A stretch of DNA of 64,000 nt. Source: Coraliomargarita sp. (lineage in GTDB: Bacteria > Verrucomicrobiota > Verrucomicrobiia > Opitutales > Coraliomargaritaceae). Within the stretch, counting starts at the first letter, position 1; each line of letters opens with the position of its first letter. Where the stretch lies: the NCBI GenBank assembly GCA_965216325.1, contig OZ244160.1:672001-736000 (forward strand), given 5' to 3'. Positions 29,285-38,542 of the stretch are shown here, one piece after another. Position numbers and translations under genes: made by a program. The notes beneath the pieces were generated by a model. The model did no database searches. It was not told where the DNA came from and saw only the letters and a program-made list of their open reading frames with translations.

Positions 29285-29827
29285 TTAGCCGCCTTCGGGG
29301 GCTAGAAGTATGTCGTCTGCACTGACTGCCACGGTGATTTCCTGACCGAGGAATTCGAGTAAAATTTGTATTCGGTTGTCTGCGGGGAGTTGTGCGATGA
29401 CCTCGCCATTGAGGCCCTTTAGGCTTCCGGAAACAAATTCGATGCGTGCGCCTGGCTCAATACTGGGATCGGGGGCCTCGATTACACCTTCGGGTAGACT
29501 GCTACGTAAGCCTTCAATCAAGCTTTCTGGAATCGCACTACGGTTGCCGTGTTTGACTAAGTAAGTGACGCCTTGGGTATGAATGACGCGACGATAGTGC
29601 TCACTTAGCGAGAAACGTGCGAACAAATAGCCAGGGAAGAGGGCTTCAATAAAGCGTTTTTTGCCCGCTCTGGTTTTTTTGATTTGTTGGATTCGCGGGC
29701 AGAAGACTTCGATACCATCGATCTTATCCAGCATTGCCGCTGCGATATGCTCACGCTTGATTTGAGCCTTCAGGCAAAACCAATCCGTCGGAGGGCTCGG
29801 TGTATCTTCAGTTGTGTGCGACGTCAT
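29285..29827 (-). CDS. NusG-paralogue transcription antitermination factor (RfaH/UpxY-like)
   Basis: Motifs WFCL, FCPRI, ALFPGYLFARF, KOW-like GSLKGLNG; first gene of the GT operon. Alternative start at 29884. Confidence 0.88.
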   Translation of the reverse strand: MTSHTTEDTPSPPTDWFCLKAQIKREHIAAAMLDKIDGIEVFCPRIQQIKKTRAGKKRFIEALFPGYLFARFSLSEHYRRVIHTQGVTYLVKHGNRSAIPESLIEGLRSSLPEGVIEAPDPSIEPGARIEFVSGSLKGLNGEVIAQLPADNRIQILLEFLGQEITVAVSADDILLAPEGG

Positions 29828-29958
29828 GTCGTGGATTAAGCTAGTCAGAGGTTCGGTGCTTACAATGGTAAAGGATACGCTCACGAATATTGCAACGGTT
29901 CGCTTTATTTTCTTGGGTATGTTAAAGTATGCGTTAGCGATAACAGTAACCCTCTCTT

Positions 29959-31380
29959 ATGATCGCCAATCGTTCCCAAGGCCTGCGTGTATTGAGCCAC
30001 TCTCTTGTGGTGGTTTACATGCTGCTGTTATTTTGCCTGTTGTTTGCAATCAGTGTGTTTGGTTTCGAACGCATTCGCTCTGATCTGATCAATTTCTACC
30101 TGTATTTACTTGGGGTATCGCTCGCGGGAATTTTATCATTCCGCCATCAGCAGTCCGAATCGAGTGATACCACGTTGACTTCCTTTCGCTGGGTTCGCGC
30201 AATCAGGCAGTCGAATCGGCAAGTGCTCATTCTGTCTTTGCTACTCTTTGCGATTGTATTCTCGACTAAGGATAAGGCAATCAGCCGTATCTTTCTTGGG
30301 TCCTTTCTAGCGATTTATTGGCTAACCGCGATACCGTTGAATCCGTATACTCCGGATTGGGTGGCGCGGATTGCATTTCGTCGCAAGGATTCGGTTCGCA
30401 CCGTGTTTTTGGGAAGTGCCAAATCGGCGCATCAACTTGAAGGCTGGGCGGCACGCCAACCTTTTTTCGGTATCGATGTGCTCGGAGTCATTACTTACGA
30501 AATGGCCGCAGCATCGACTACTTTAAAGATGCCGATTCTCGGTGAATTCATGGAGTTGCCCGAACTGATTCGTGAGCACAATGTCGACCAGGTGGTGTTG
30601 CTGGAGACTCGGAATTCGGATTGGTGGGTCGATACGGTGGTTGAGATCTGCGAGAAAGAAGGCTGTCGTATCCTCATTTATAACCCGTGGGAACAATATT
30701 TTGACCAGGAGTTACTTCCAGTCCATCAGGGCGGTCATACCTTTTTCAGCATTCAAGAAGAGCCGTTAGAAAATCCCATTAATCGTGTGATCAAGCGAAG
30801 TATGGACCTGTTTGTGTCCGTGCCTGTTGTGCTGCTTGTTTTACCTTGGATGTGTTTCTTGGTTTGGTTGATGCAGCGCAGGCAGTCTCCGGGGCCCTTG
30901 TTTTTTAAACAGGAACGCAGCGGTCAGAATGGACGAAGCTTTACGATTCTTAAATTTCGTTCCATGCACTACGAAGCTCCAGAGGTGGCCGACGAGGCGA
31001 AGCAGGCTCAAGTCGGCGACACACGCATCTTTAGCTTCGGAGCATTCATACGTAAAACCAGTATCGATGAATTTCCACAGTTTCTCAATGTGTTGAAGGG
31101 CAATATGAGTGCCATCGGACCGCGTCCACACCTCATGCAGCACGACGATGTGTTTAGCGAGCAGGTGAATATTTATCGCACCCGCCATTTTGTGAAACCC
31201 GGTATCACAGGCCTCGCGCAGTGCAAAGGCTTTCGCGGCGAGGTGACGGACAAACAGTTGATCGAAGAGCGAGTGCGGTATGATTTGCAGTATATCCGCG
31301 GCTGGTCGTTCTGGTTGGATATTTGGATCCTGCTAAAGACTCTGTCACAGATCGTTTTCCCGCCGAAGACGGCCTATTAA
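29959..31380 (+). CDS. Polyprenyl glycosylphosphotransferase (priming GT, WcaJ-like)
   Basis: Four N-terminal TMs; motifs [37 protein letters not shown]. Confidence 0.93.
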   Translation: MIANRSQGLRVLSHSLVVVYMLLLFCLLFAISVFGFERIRSDLINFYLYLLGVSLAGILSFRHQQSESSDTTLTSFRWVRAIRQSNRQVLILSLLLFAIVFSTKDKAISRIFLGSFLAIYWLTAIPLNPYTPDWVARIAFRRKDSVRTVFLGSAKSAHQLEGWAARQPFFGIDVLGVITYEMAAASTTLKMPILGEFMELPELIREHNVDQVVLLETRNSDWWVDTVVEICEKEGCRILIYNPWEQYFDQELLPVHQGGHTFFSIQEEPLENPINRVIKRSMDLFVSVPVVLLVLPWMCFLVWLMQRRQSPGPLFFKQERSGQNGRSFTILKFRSMHYEAPEVADEAKQAQVGDTRIFSFGAFIRKTSIDEFPQFLNVLKGNMSAIGPRPHLMQHDDVFSEQVNIYRTRHFVKPGITGLAQCKGFRGEVTDKQLIEERVRYDLQYIRGWSFWLDIWILLKTLSQIVFPPKTAY

Positions 31381-32634
31381 TTAGCGCCCACGGCCACTTC
31401 CGGGATGGCCTCGGCCCCATGCACGTGCCTTGCTCAAGCGCTCTTTGTCCTCATCGCTGAAGTCGCTGTCATCGAGGTAGCCTTGGAAGCCATCGGGGTC
31501 TTGCTGTTTCCAGTTTGCGGCAACCTGTTCGGTCATACGCAGGCGCATGCGTTCGTTGTTGATCGATTCGGCCCAAGTAATTGCTGACTGTGGGTCTTCT
31601 TGTGCCGCGCGGAAGGTGTAGCTTGCGACCGCCCAGTCGAGTTCTGGAGAGGCGGGGAGCGAGTTGAGCCACTCAGCTGAAGCGCTCAGGTCATAACGTG
31701 CCCATTCACGGATGATTTCAGCGCTTGCGCGTCCGACGACTGGGTCACCTTCCGGCAAGGCACTCAGCCATGCGGCGGCAGCGGCTGGATCGCTGAGCGC
31801 CCATTCGTTGATGAGGGCGTTCTTGAGACTGCTAGGGGCGTCTTCTCCGAGCGAGAGCACATAGTCTGCTGCGTTTTTCGGATCAAACCGTGCCCACTCG
31901 CCGACCATCTCGCGCATGAGATCGTTTTTGATGTCGCCATCTGGTAGCTGCTCGATCGTCTGTTTGGCAATGAAGAGCTCGCCGTTGCGGATCTGCGTTT
32001 CAACGACTTCGGATAAGGCGCGTCGTTTGAGGTTGGCTGCTTGCACACTGCTGTCGTCCAGTTGCATGGCTGCGTTAAAGGCGGCTGCAGGATTGAGCTC
32101 GGCATAGCCGCGGAAAATCGCGCTGATTTGAGATTCACGCAGGCGGCTAGGGACGTTCGCCAAATTCGCATCCGCCCAGGCTAAGGCGGCAATCGGATCG
32201 TTGGACGCCCAGGTCTCTAGAATGCTAAGTTTGGCGTCTTCGCTGGCGCGGAGCGACTCGATGTTATTCGCCAGTTGAAGCGCTTCCTCGGGATGAGTCT
32301 CGGCGAGTTGCTTCAGTAGGGTGTGGATGCTGCGTTCGCGACTGGGGTCGGACTGCGTGAGTGCGAATGCACTCATCAGTTGAACACGTAACTGCTCCGG
32401 GCTGAGTTGCTCGACTCGCTCAATGGCTTCTGAGAGCTCAAGGTTGTCCAGCGCAGGTGGAACATCATCAATGTTGGCTTTGGTCGCATTCTCCTGATTC
32501 GCCTGCATTTGAATATCGGAATCTGTGCCAGCTAAGCCTTCAACAGTCGGGCTTTGAGTGCTCTGGCCAAGCCAGTAGCCGATTCCGAGTGAGCCGAAGC
32601 AGGTAGCAGTGAACAGAAGGGTCGAGGCTTTCAT
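31381..32634 (-). CDS. Secreted or anchored helical-repeat protein (W..xDPxAAxxW repeats)
   Basis: Repeated WASNDPIAALAW, WARFDPKNAADY, WALSDPAAAAAW, WARYDLSASAEW, QEDPQSAITW. Confidence 0.75.
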   Translation of the reverse strand: MKASTLLFTATCFGSLGIGYWLGQSTQSPTVEGLAGTDSDIQMQANQENATKANIDDVPPALDNLELSEAIERVEQLSPEQLRVQLMSAFALTQSDPSRERSIHTLLKQLAETHPEEALQLANNIESLRASEDAKLSILETWASNDPIAALAWADANLANVPSRLRESQISAIFRGYAELNPAAAFNAAMQLDDSSVQAANLKRRALSEVVETQIRNGELFIAKQTIEQLPDGDIKNDLMREMVGEWARFDPKNAADYVLSLGEDAPSSLKNALINEWALSDPAAAAAWLSALPEGDPVVGRASAEIIREWARYDLSASAEWLNSLPASPELDWAVASYTFRAAQEDPQSAITWAESINNERMRLRMTEQVAANWKQQDPDGFQGYLDDSDFSDEDKERLSKARAWGRGHPGSGRGR

Positions 32635-32688
32635 GGTTTGTGATGACTATATCGAACTTGAAGGGATCGCAAAGCCGAGGTGAAAGTT

Positions 32689-33230
32689 TCAGTTTTCGGT
32701 GATCCATAGCAGATCGCCTTCCTTGACTGTCTCAAACAATTCAACGACGTCTTGATTTAGCATCTCAACACAGCCGCCGCTGAAAGGTTCGCTAATTCGA
32801 TCTTCGTGGTTGGTGCCGTGAATGTAGACATAGCGTGCGTAGCTGTCGCAGCCATCGCCGGAGTTCTTTCCCGGTTCTAAGCCGCGTATCCGAATAATCC
32901 GCGTCGTGATTAGGTTGGCTGCCTGCTCCTCATCGCTGAATTCGGAGTAGTGCTTCATCGGCACGCGGCCCTTAAAGACCATGCCCAACGGTTCGCCGTT
33001 GCCAATCTTATCGCCCAGCTGGTGGAGCCCCGTCGGTGTGCCATACGAATCCGCGAGGCAGGAGGGCGGATTTTTCGAGGTTGAGACCGGGAATACCCGC
33101 TCAATTTGACCCTCATTTAGGAGTGTAAGCGTTTGATCCGCAATCGATACGATTATCACGCGAGGCGTCGGGGTTATTGACAAGGCCTCGCAGCTCTGAT
33201 TTACACGCGCGTTTTCCTGAAATACATCCA

Positions 33231-33237
<7 letters not shown>
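32689..33237 (-). CDS. L,D-transpeptidase family (YkuD) protein
   Basis: Motifs VSIADQTL, FPVSTS, TPTG, YIHGT...SGGCV (HxxCys catalytic motif). Start uncertain. Confidence 0.88.
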
Positions 33238-34259
<1,022 letters not shown>

Positions 34260-34271
34260 CGATTCTGATGC

Positions 34272-34295
34272 GGGCGCCGCAAGCAGCGCCCCTAC
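34272..34295. repeat. Single REP-like palindrome
   Basis: GGGCGCCGCAAGCAGCGCCCCTAC, i.e. a GTAG-headed hairpin on the minus strand. Confidence 0.6.
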
Positions 34296-34304
34296 AATTT
34301 TTTC

Positions 34305-34339
34305 ACGTCCAAGCGCCTCGTGCGCTTGGGCGTTTTTTG
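34305..34339 (+). terminator. Rho-independent terminator after asd
   Basis: ACGTCCAAGCGC-CTCGT-GCGCTTGGGCGT followed by TTTTT. Confidence 0.85.
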
Positions 34340-34673
34340 TGTCCACAGCTTGGATATACTGAACAGAGTCATTTTTTACAAAATCTAAGTAGATTGGCGT
34401 ATTTTGATTCTGAGGCGTTTGCTTAGTGTTTATGTGGCTTAGTCCATGAGCGATTGCGGAGTTTGGGCATGACTTGAGATATTCTATGCGCTTACTTATA
34501 GGGCGTTAATGTAGTGCTGTTTCGTCTATTATCTATTGTAGGTGAACACTTTGTAACTGTGCTGTTAAACGAGTGGGGGCTGCCTGAATCAGCTTGCCAG
34601 TTAGACGAAGTTTCGGATTTTGGCCCATCCCTACACACTGCATCCCTGCGAACCTCTTACCAACAATCCTACT

Positions 34674-35159
34674 ATGCGCACTCATCCATCCCTAGTCTTA
34701 TTGCGTATTCTCTCGGTCATGCTCGGCTTTGCCGCATGCGGTAGTCTCAAGGCGGAGGTCTCGAGTTATGAGCGCCAGATCATCGCCTCTGTCTTGGTGT
34801 TGGAAGCGGCGAATCAGGGCGAAGAGGGGATGCTGGCTGTGCTGCATGTGATCAACAATCGTGCGGGGGGAAATCCCGAAAACGCGATTTATCAAGTGGC
34901 ACGTCGCAAAGCGTTTTCCTGCCTCAACGGTATCACTGCGCAGAAGCATCCAGATTATGGCCCTGCGATTGGCCGTGCGATGCGTGACCGCTCTTGGGAT
35001 TGGGCGCTTGCAACGGTGAATGCCTATTGCGCTGGCCAGCTGCCACCGGACAACACCGGTGGTGCGACTCATTACTGCATCGAACCACCGCGATCTTGGA
35101 TCGAGCAAATGGCCTTCACCAAGCGCATTGGCGCACACTCCTTCTTTCGCGAAGGGTAA
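34674..35159 (+). CDS. Cell wall hydrolase, SleB/Hydrolase_2 family
   Basis: Signal peptide; motifs LEAANQGEEGMLAVLHVINNR, AFSCLN, DNTGGATHY, IGAHSFF. Confidence 0.85.
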   Translation: MRTHPSLVLLRILSVMLGFAACGSLKAEVSSYERQIIASVLVLEAANQGEEGMLAVLHVINNRAGGNPENAIYQVARRKAFSCLNGITAQKHPDYGPAIGRAMRDRSWDWALATVNAYCAGQLPPDNTGGATHYCIEPPRSWIEQMAFTKRIGAHSFFREG

Positions 35160-35213
35160 TACCAATCCGTGGAGAAGAAGTGCGTGATGTGGATTGATTT
35201 GATTTTGATGTTG

Positions 35214-35282
35214 GCCCACAAATTACACGAATCACCACGAATTTCTGCTTGGGATTCGTGCAGATTGGTGTAATGCGTGGGC
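35214..35282. repeat. Inverted hairpin built from ~9-nt periodic units
   Basis: GCCCACAAATTACACGAATCACCACGAATTTC ... GGGATTCGTGCAGATTGGTGTAATGCGTGGGC. Confidence 0.7.
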
Positions 35283-35474
35283 TCTATCATTAGAGTAGTC
35301 AGAGTTTGAGTGACTAACTGTTAGCTATCGAGTGCTAGGGATGCTTCCTAAGGTGATCATCTGGGCTTATATGTGAGCGCGGCCTCTGACTTCGATTGAC
35401 TCTTTTGTCCTGCCTGCATGCCATCACCGACCTGTCGAGTAGTTCGGCTGATTTTAAATTAAATTAAAATTAAC

Positions 35475-36113
35475 ATGGCTAATGTAGAGAGTTCTCAAGG
35501 TAACCCCGCTGTCGTCGGGCTTGCAGGTTTTGGTGTCACCACCTTGGTGTTGCAGTTCCACAATGTGGGATGGTGCGGAATAGGTCCAGTTTTCGCGCTG
35601 GCGCTGATTTTCGGTGGCTTGGCGCAGTTGATTGCCGGTTTTCAAGAGTTTAAATGCGGTAACAACTTTGGCTACAGTGCCTTTGTTGCCTATGGTGCCT
35701 TCTGGTTGGCCTTCGGTGTGATTCTGATCTGCAATCACCTCGGCGTTTACAAGTCGAGTCACCAGGATGTTGGCTTCTTCCTGATTGGTTATACGGTCTA
35801 TACCTTCGTCATGTGGGTGCCTGCCATGCGCGTGCATGGTATGATGGCGCTGACATTTACGCTGCTGCTGATTGGTTTCATCCTACTGGACTTGGCGCAC
35901 TTCGCTCCGGAGGCTTTGGCAGGGAAGCTAACAGTGGCTGCCGGCTATGAGCTCATGCTCTGTGCACTGTGCGCGCTCTACATGATGGCGAGCATCATTT
36001 ACCAGCAAGTGTTTGGTCGTGTGATCCTGCCGCTTGGCAAGCCATGGATCAAGCTCGAGGCAAAGCAGGCAGACCTCGTTGGAGGCAACTTGGCGACTGA
36101 CAGCGCTTCGTAA
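35475..36113 (+). CDS. satP: Acetate/succinate transporter, GPR1/FUN34/YaaH family
   Basis: Motifs NPAVVGLAGF, GGLAQLIAG..E, YGAFW; six TM segments. Confidence 0.85.
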   Translation: MANVESSQGNPAVVGLAGFGVTTLVLQFHNVGWCGIGPVFALALIFGGLAQLIAGFQEFKCGNNFGYSAFVAYGAFWLAFGVILICNHLGVYKSSHQDVGFFLIGYTVYTFVMWVPAMRVHGMMALTFTLLLIGFILLDLAHFAPEALAGKLTVAAGYELMLCALCALYMMASIIYQQVFGRVILPLGKPWIKLEAKQADLVGGNLATDSAS

Positions 36114-36156
36114 GCGAAGCGTATAATACTGATTCAATAAGGGTTTGCTCTGATAT

Positions 36157-36285
36157 ACCCCTCCCACCTGACCAGCAGGTGACCTCCCCTTGGCAGGGGA
36201 GGAGCTTTTCAGCTCCAGCTCTCCTCCTTTTGCAGGAGGAGTGGTCGGCTTGCACCCAAGGGCATAATAACCGACCGAGGTAGTT
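36157..36285. repeat. Composite palindromic element (CCTCCCC/GGGGAGG-type hairpins)
   Basis: CACCTG-accag-CAGGTG, CCTCCCCT-tggc-AGGGGAGG, CTCCTCCT-tttgc-AGGAGGAG, GGTCGG...CCGACC. Confidence 0.6.
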
Positions 36286-36367
36286 AACTTGTTGAGGGTG
36301 AGGGAGGGCGCGAAACGAGACGTTGTGGTGCCTATTAGGCCAAGCCTTTTAATTCATCTTTTCTAAT

Positions 36368-36397
36368 AAGCCTTCGGAGATTTCCGGAGGCTTTTTT
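36368..36397 (+). terminator. Rho-independent terminator (probably bidirectional)
   Basis: AAGCCTTCGGA-GATT-TCCGGAGGCTTTTTT between the convergent satP and MIF-like genes. Confidence 0.8.
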
Positions 36398-36415
36398 ACG
36401 CATTGGCTGCAGCAC

Positions 36416-36760
36416 TCAGCCGAAAGTTTTGCCATTCCAGCCCCATGTGTTGGGTGCCACATTGTGGAAGCGGATGTAAATGCGCTCGGCTTGGATGTCT
36501 GTAGTCAGGCGTATGCGTTCGCAGAGTTCCGGAGACAGGCGCTGTGGCGCGTCATCGGGCAGTCGTAATGAGCAGAGGTCGACGAAGATGGTGGGGGCTT
36601 CAGTTCCAGCCATGGTCATCTTGGCGTTGGTCCAGCTGGTCATCACGTAGTCTTCCGACTTATCGAGCAGCTCTGCGACCGCTTTTGAGAGCGTCAGCAG
36701 GCAGTTCGACTTTTCAGGGTCGGTGAGTGCTAGGTTCGAGGTGACTTGTATCAATGGCAT
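36416..36760 (-). CDS. MIF-family (phenylpyruvate tautomerase-like) protein
   Basis: Pro directly after Met (MPLIQVTSN); motifs KSEDYVM, RIYIRF, WGWNGKTF; 114 aa. Confidence 0.9.
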   Translation of the reverse strand: MPLIQVTSNLALTDPEKSNCLLTLSKAVAELLDKSEDYVMTSWTNAKMTMAGTEAPTIFVDLCSLRLPDDAPQRLSPELCERIRLTTDIQAERIYIRFHNVAPNTWGWNGKTFG

Positions 36761-36825
36761 ATGAGTAAGCTAACGCTAACTTGCTGTGAGGCAACTGAGT
36801 GGGGGTGTTTCAATGGTATTGTGAG

Positions 36826-36903
36826 CGTAGGGCTTCTGCTTGCAGGATGCCGTCGTTTATGAGCCCCCCTGATTAGCGGCGTCGTGCAAGCACGAGCCCT
36901 ACG
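36826..36903. repeat. GTAG-type REP doublet (third subfamily)
   Basis: CGTAGGGCTTCTGCTTGCAGGATGCCG ... CGGCGTCGTGCAAGCACGAGCCCTACG, an inverted pair. Confidence 0.75.
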
Positions 36904-36909
36904 AGGTTG

Positions 36910-36940
<31 letters not shown>

Positions 36941-36954
36941 ATGCGTGCTTAATT

Positions 36955-37226
36955 GGGGTTCCTCGTCGAATCGGGTGAAAGGCAGAGATTCATGCTCGGG
37001 GTGCGATCACTTTGCCCCACGATAGGCAACAAGTAGCCCGACGGCAACTGGCAAACTTGAGCAGGACAGGAATGTCCTGCCTCCTTTCGAAAACATGGTC
37101 TCGCCAAAGGAGGACGGACATGGTCCGGTCCACTCCGTGCCCGGTCTTGTCGTTCCACTCGGAACCTGTCCGTCGCTTTAACCCGCACAGCCATGTAGGG
37201 ATTCCCCGGTAATCGACGAGGACCCC
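36955..37226. ncRNA. Unassigned 272-nt structured element (candidate ncRNA or MITE)
   Basis: Termini GGGGTTCCTCGTCGA / TCGACGAGGACCCC pair with each other; nested long-range stems and at least five internal hairpins; no credible ORF. Confidence 0.55.
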
Positions 37227-37258
37227 AAAAAAGCCCCCGGTTTTCACCGGAGGCTTTT
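37227..37258 (-). terminator. Rho-independent terminator after serC (bidirectional)
   Basis: AAAAAAGCCCCCGG-TTTTCA-CCGGAGGCTTTT. Confidence 0.85.
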
Positions 37259-37279
37259 GTATTCAATTTGATGGCTGGT

Positions 37280-38425
37280 TTAGCTTTGGATCTCAGCGAA
37301 GGCCCAGTCGAGCCATGGGAGTAGGGCTTCGATGTCGGCGGTGTCAACGGTTGCGCCACCCCAGATACGGAGACCGGCTGGTGCGTCGCGGTAGCTGCCG
37401 AAGTCGTAACCGACGCCTTCCTTGTCGAGCAGGCTGACGAGTTGCTTGGCTTTCGCGGCTTGCTCTTCGTCGGAGAGCTCCTGATACCAGGGTGCCACGA
37501 TCTTCAAGCAGATCGATGTGTTGGAAATCGTCGCAGGATCTTCGGCTAGGAACTCGATCCAGTCGGTCTTTTCGACCCAATCAGCGATTGCCTTGAGGTT
37601 GGCTTCGGAGCGCTCAATCAGTGCCGGCAGACCGCCGATGCTTTCTGCCCAGCGAAGGCCGTCGACTGCGTCTTCGATACAGAGCATGGAGACGGTGTTG
37701 ATGGTGGCACCGCTGAAGATGCCCTTGATGAGTTTGCCGCCCTTGGTGAGGCGGAAGATCTTTGGTAGTGGCCATGCCGGAGTGTAGGACTCAAGGCGCT
37801 CAATTGCGCGTGGGCTCAACACGATCATGCCGTGGGCACCTTCGCCACCCATGACCTTTTGCCAGGACCAGGTGACGACATCGAGCTTGCTGTAATCGAT
37901 GTCCATTGCAAAGACCGCAGAAGTCGCGTCGCAAATGGTGAGACCTTCGCGATCGGCAGGGATCCAGTCGAGGTTCGGAACCTTTACGCCGGATGTGGTG
38001 CCATTGTAGGTGAAGACCACGTCATTGCTGAAGTTGATCTTGGAGAAATCCGGAAGCTTACCGTAGTCGGCTTCGTGCTTGGTGACATTGTCGAGCTTGA
38101 GCTGCTTGACGACGTCGGTGACCCAACCAGAGCCAAAAGATTCCCAAGCACACATGTCGACGCCGCGTGCGCCGAGCAGGGACCAGAGTGCCATTTCAAC
38201 TGCACCGGTGTCGGATGCTGGTACGATACCGCAGACGTAGCCCTCTGGGAGTCCGAGAATGGAGGAGGACTTTTCAATAACTTCTTCGATGCGCGCCTTA
38301 GCAGGCTTTGCGCGGTGAGAACGGCCTACCAGTGCGTTGTTGAGCGCTTCAAGCGTCCAACCGGGGCGCTTGGAACAAGGGCCGGATGAGAAATAGGGAC
38401 GAGTTGGTTTTGTGTCTGGTTTCAT
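37280..38425 (-). CDS. serC: Phosphoserine aminotransferase (Methanosarcina/alphaproteobacterial-type)
   Basis: Motifs [40 protein letters not shown] (PLP lysine), [13 protein letters not shown]. Confidence 0.95.
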   Translation of the reverse strand: MKPDTKPTRPYFSSGPCSKRPGWTLEALNNALVGRSHRAKPAKARIEEVIEKSSSILGLPEGYVCGIVPASDTGAVEMALWSLLGARGVDMCAWESFGSGWVTDVVKQLKLDNVTKHEADYGKLPDFSKINFSNDVVFTYNGTTSGVKVPNLDWIPADREGLTICDATSAVFAMDIDYSKLDVVTWSWQKVMGGEGAHGMIVLSPRAIERLESYTPAWPLPKIFRLTKGGKLIKGIFSGATINTVSMLCIEDAVDGLRWAESIGGLPALIERSEANLKAIADWVEKTDWIEFLAEDPATISNTSICLKIVAPWYQELSDEEQAAKAKQLVSLLDKEGVGYDFGSYRDAPAGLRIWGGATVDTADIEALLPWLDWAFAEIQS

Positions 38426-38439
38426 GGAAAAGTGGAATG

Positions 38440-38533
38440 AACATCGAACGTCGAACGCTGAACGTCCAACTTCGAATGGTGTGACTATCTATGTTATTCG
38501 ATGTTCAATGTTGGAAGTTCGATGTTGGACGTT
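38440..38533. repeat. Inverted heptamer-repeat hairpin
   Basis: AACATCG AACGTCG AACGCTG AACGTCC AACTTCG AAT, then a spacer, then the inverted ATTCGATGTTCAATGTTGGAAGTTCGATGTTGGACGTT. Confidence 0.8.
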
Positions 38534-38542
38534 TGGCGGAAT

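Noticed and set aside
29282..29293. ops-like GGCGGCTAAGTG on the minus strand
   Set aside because: Three core mismatches, and it is simply the last codons of the antiterminator gene.
36955..37226. Group IIC intron, Tn3-type MITE or retron ncRNA as the identity of the element
   Set aside because: It follows a terminator and starts GGGGT, but there is no GTGCG at the junction, no domain V, no 38-bp IR with 5-bp duplication, and no RT gene nearby.
36949..37359. Short ORFs across the 272-nt structured element
   Set aside because: They overlap serC or its terminator, have no recognisable features and are better explained by the palindromic sequence.
38440..38533. CRISPR-like reading of the short repeats
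   Set aside because: Units are 7 nt with no unique spacers; there are no 23-47 bp direct repeats or cas genes anywhere in the window.
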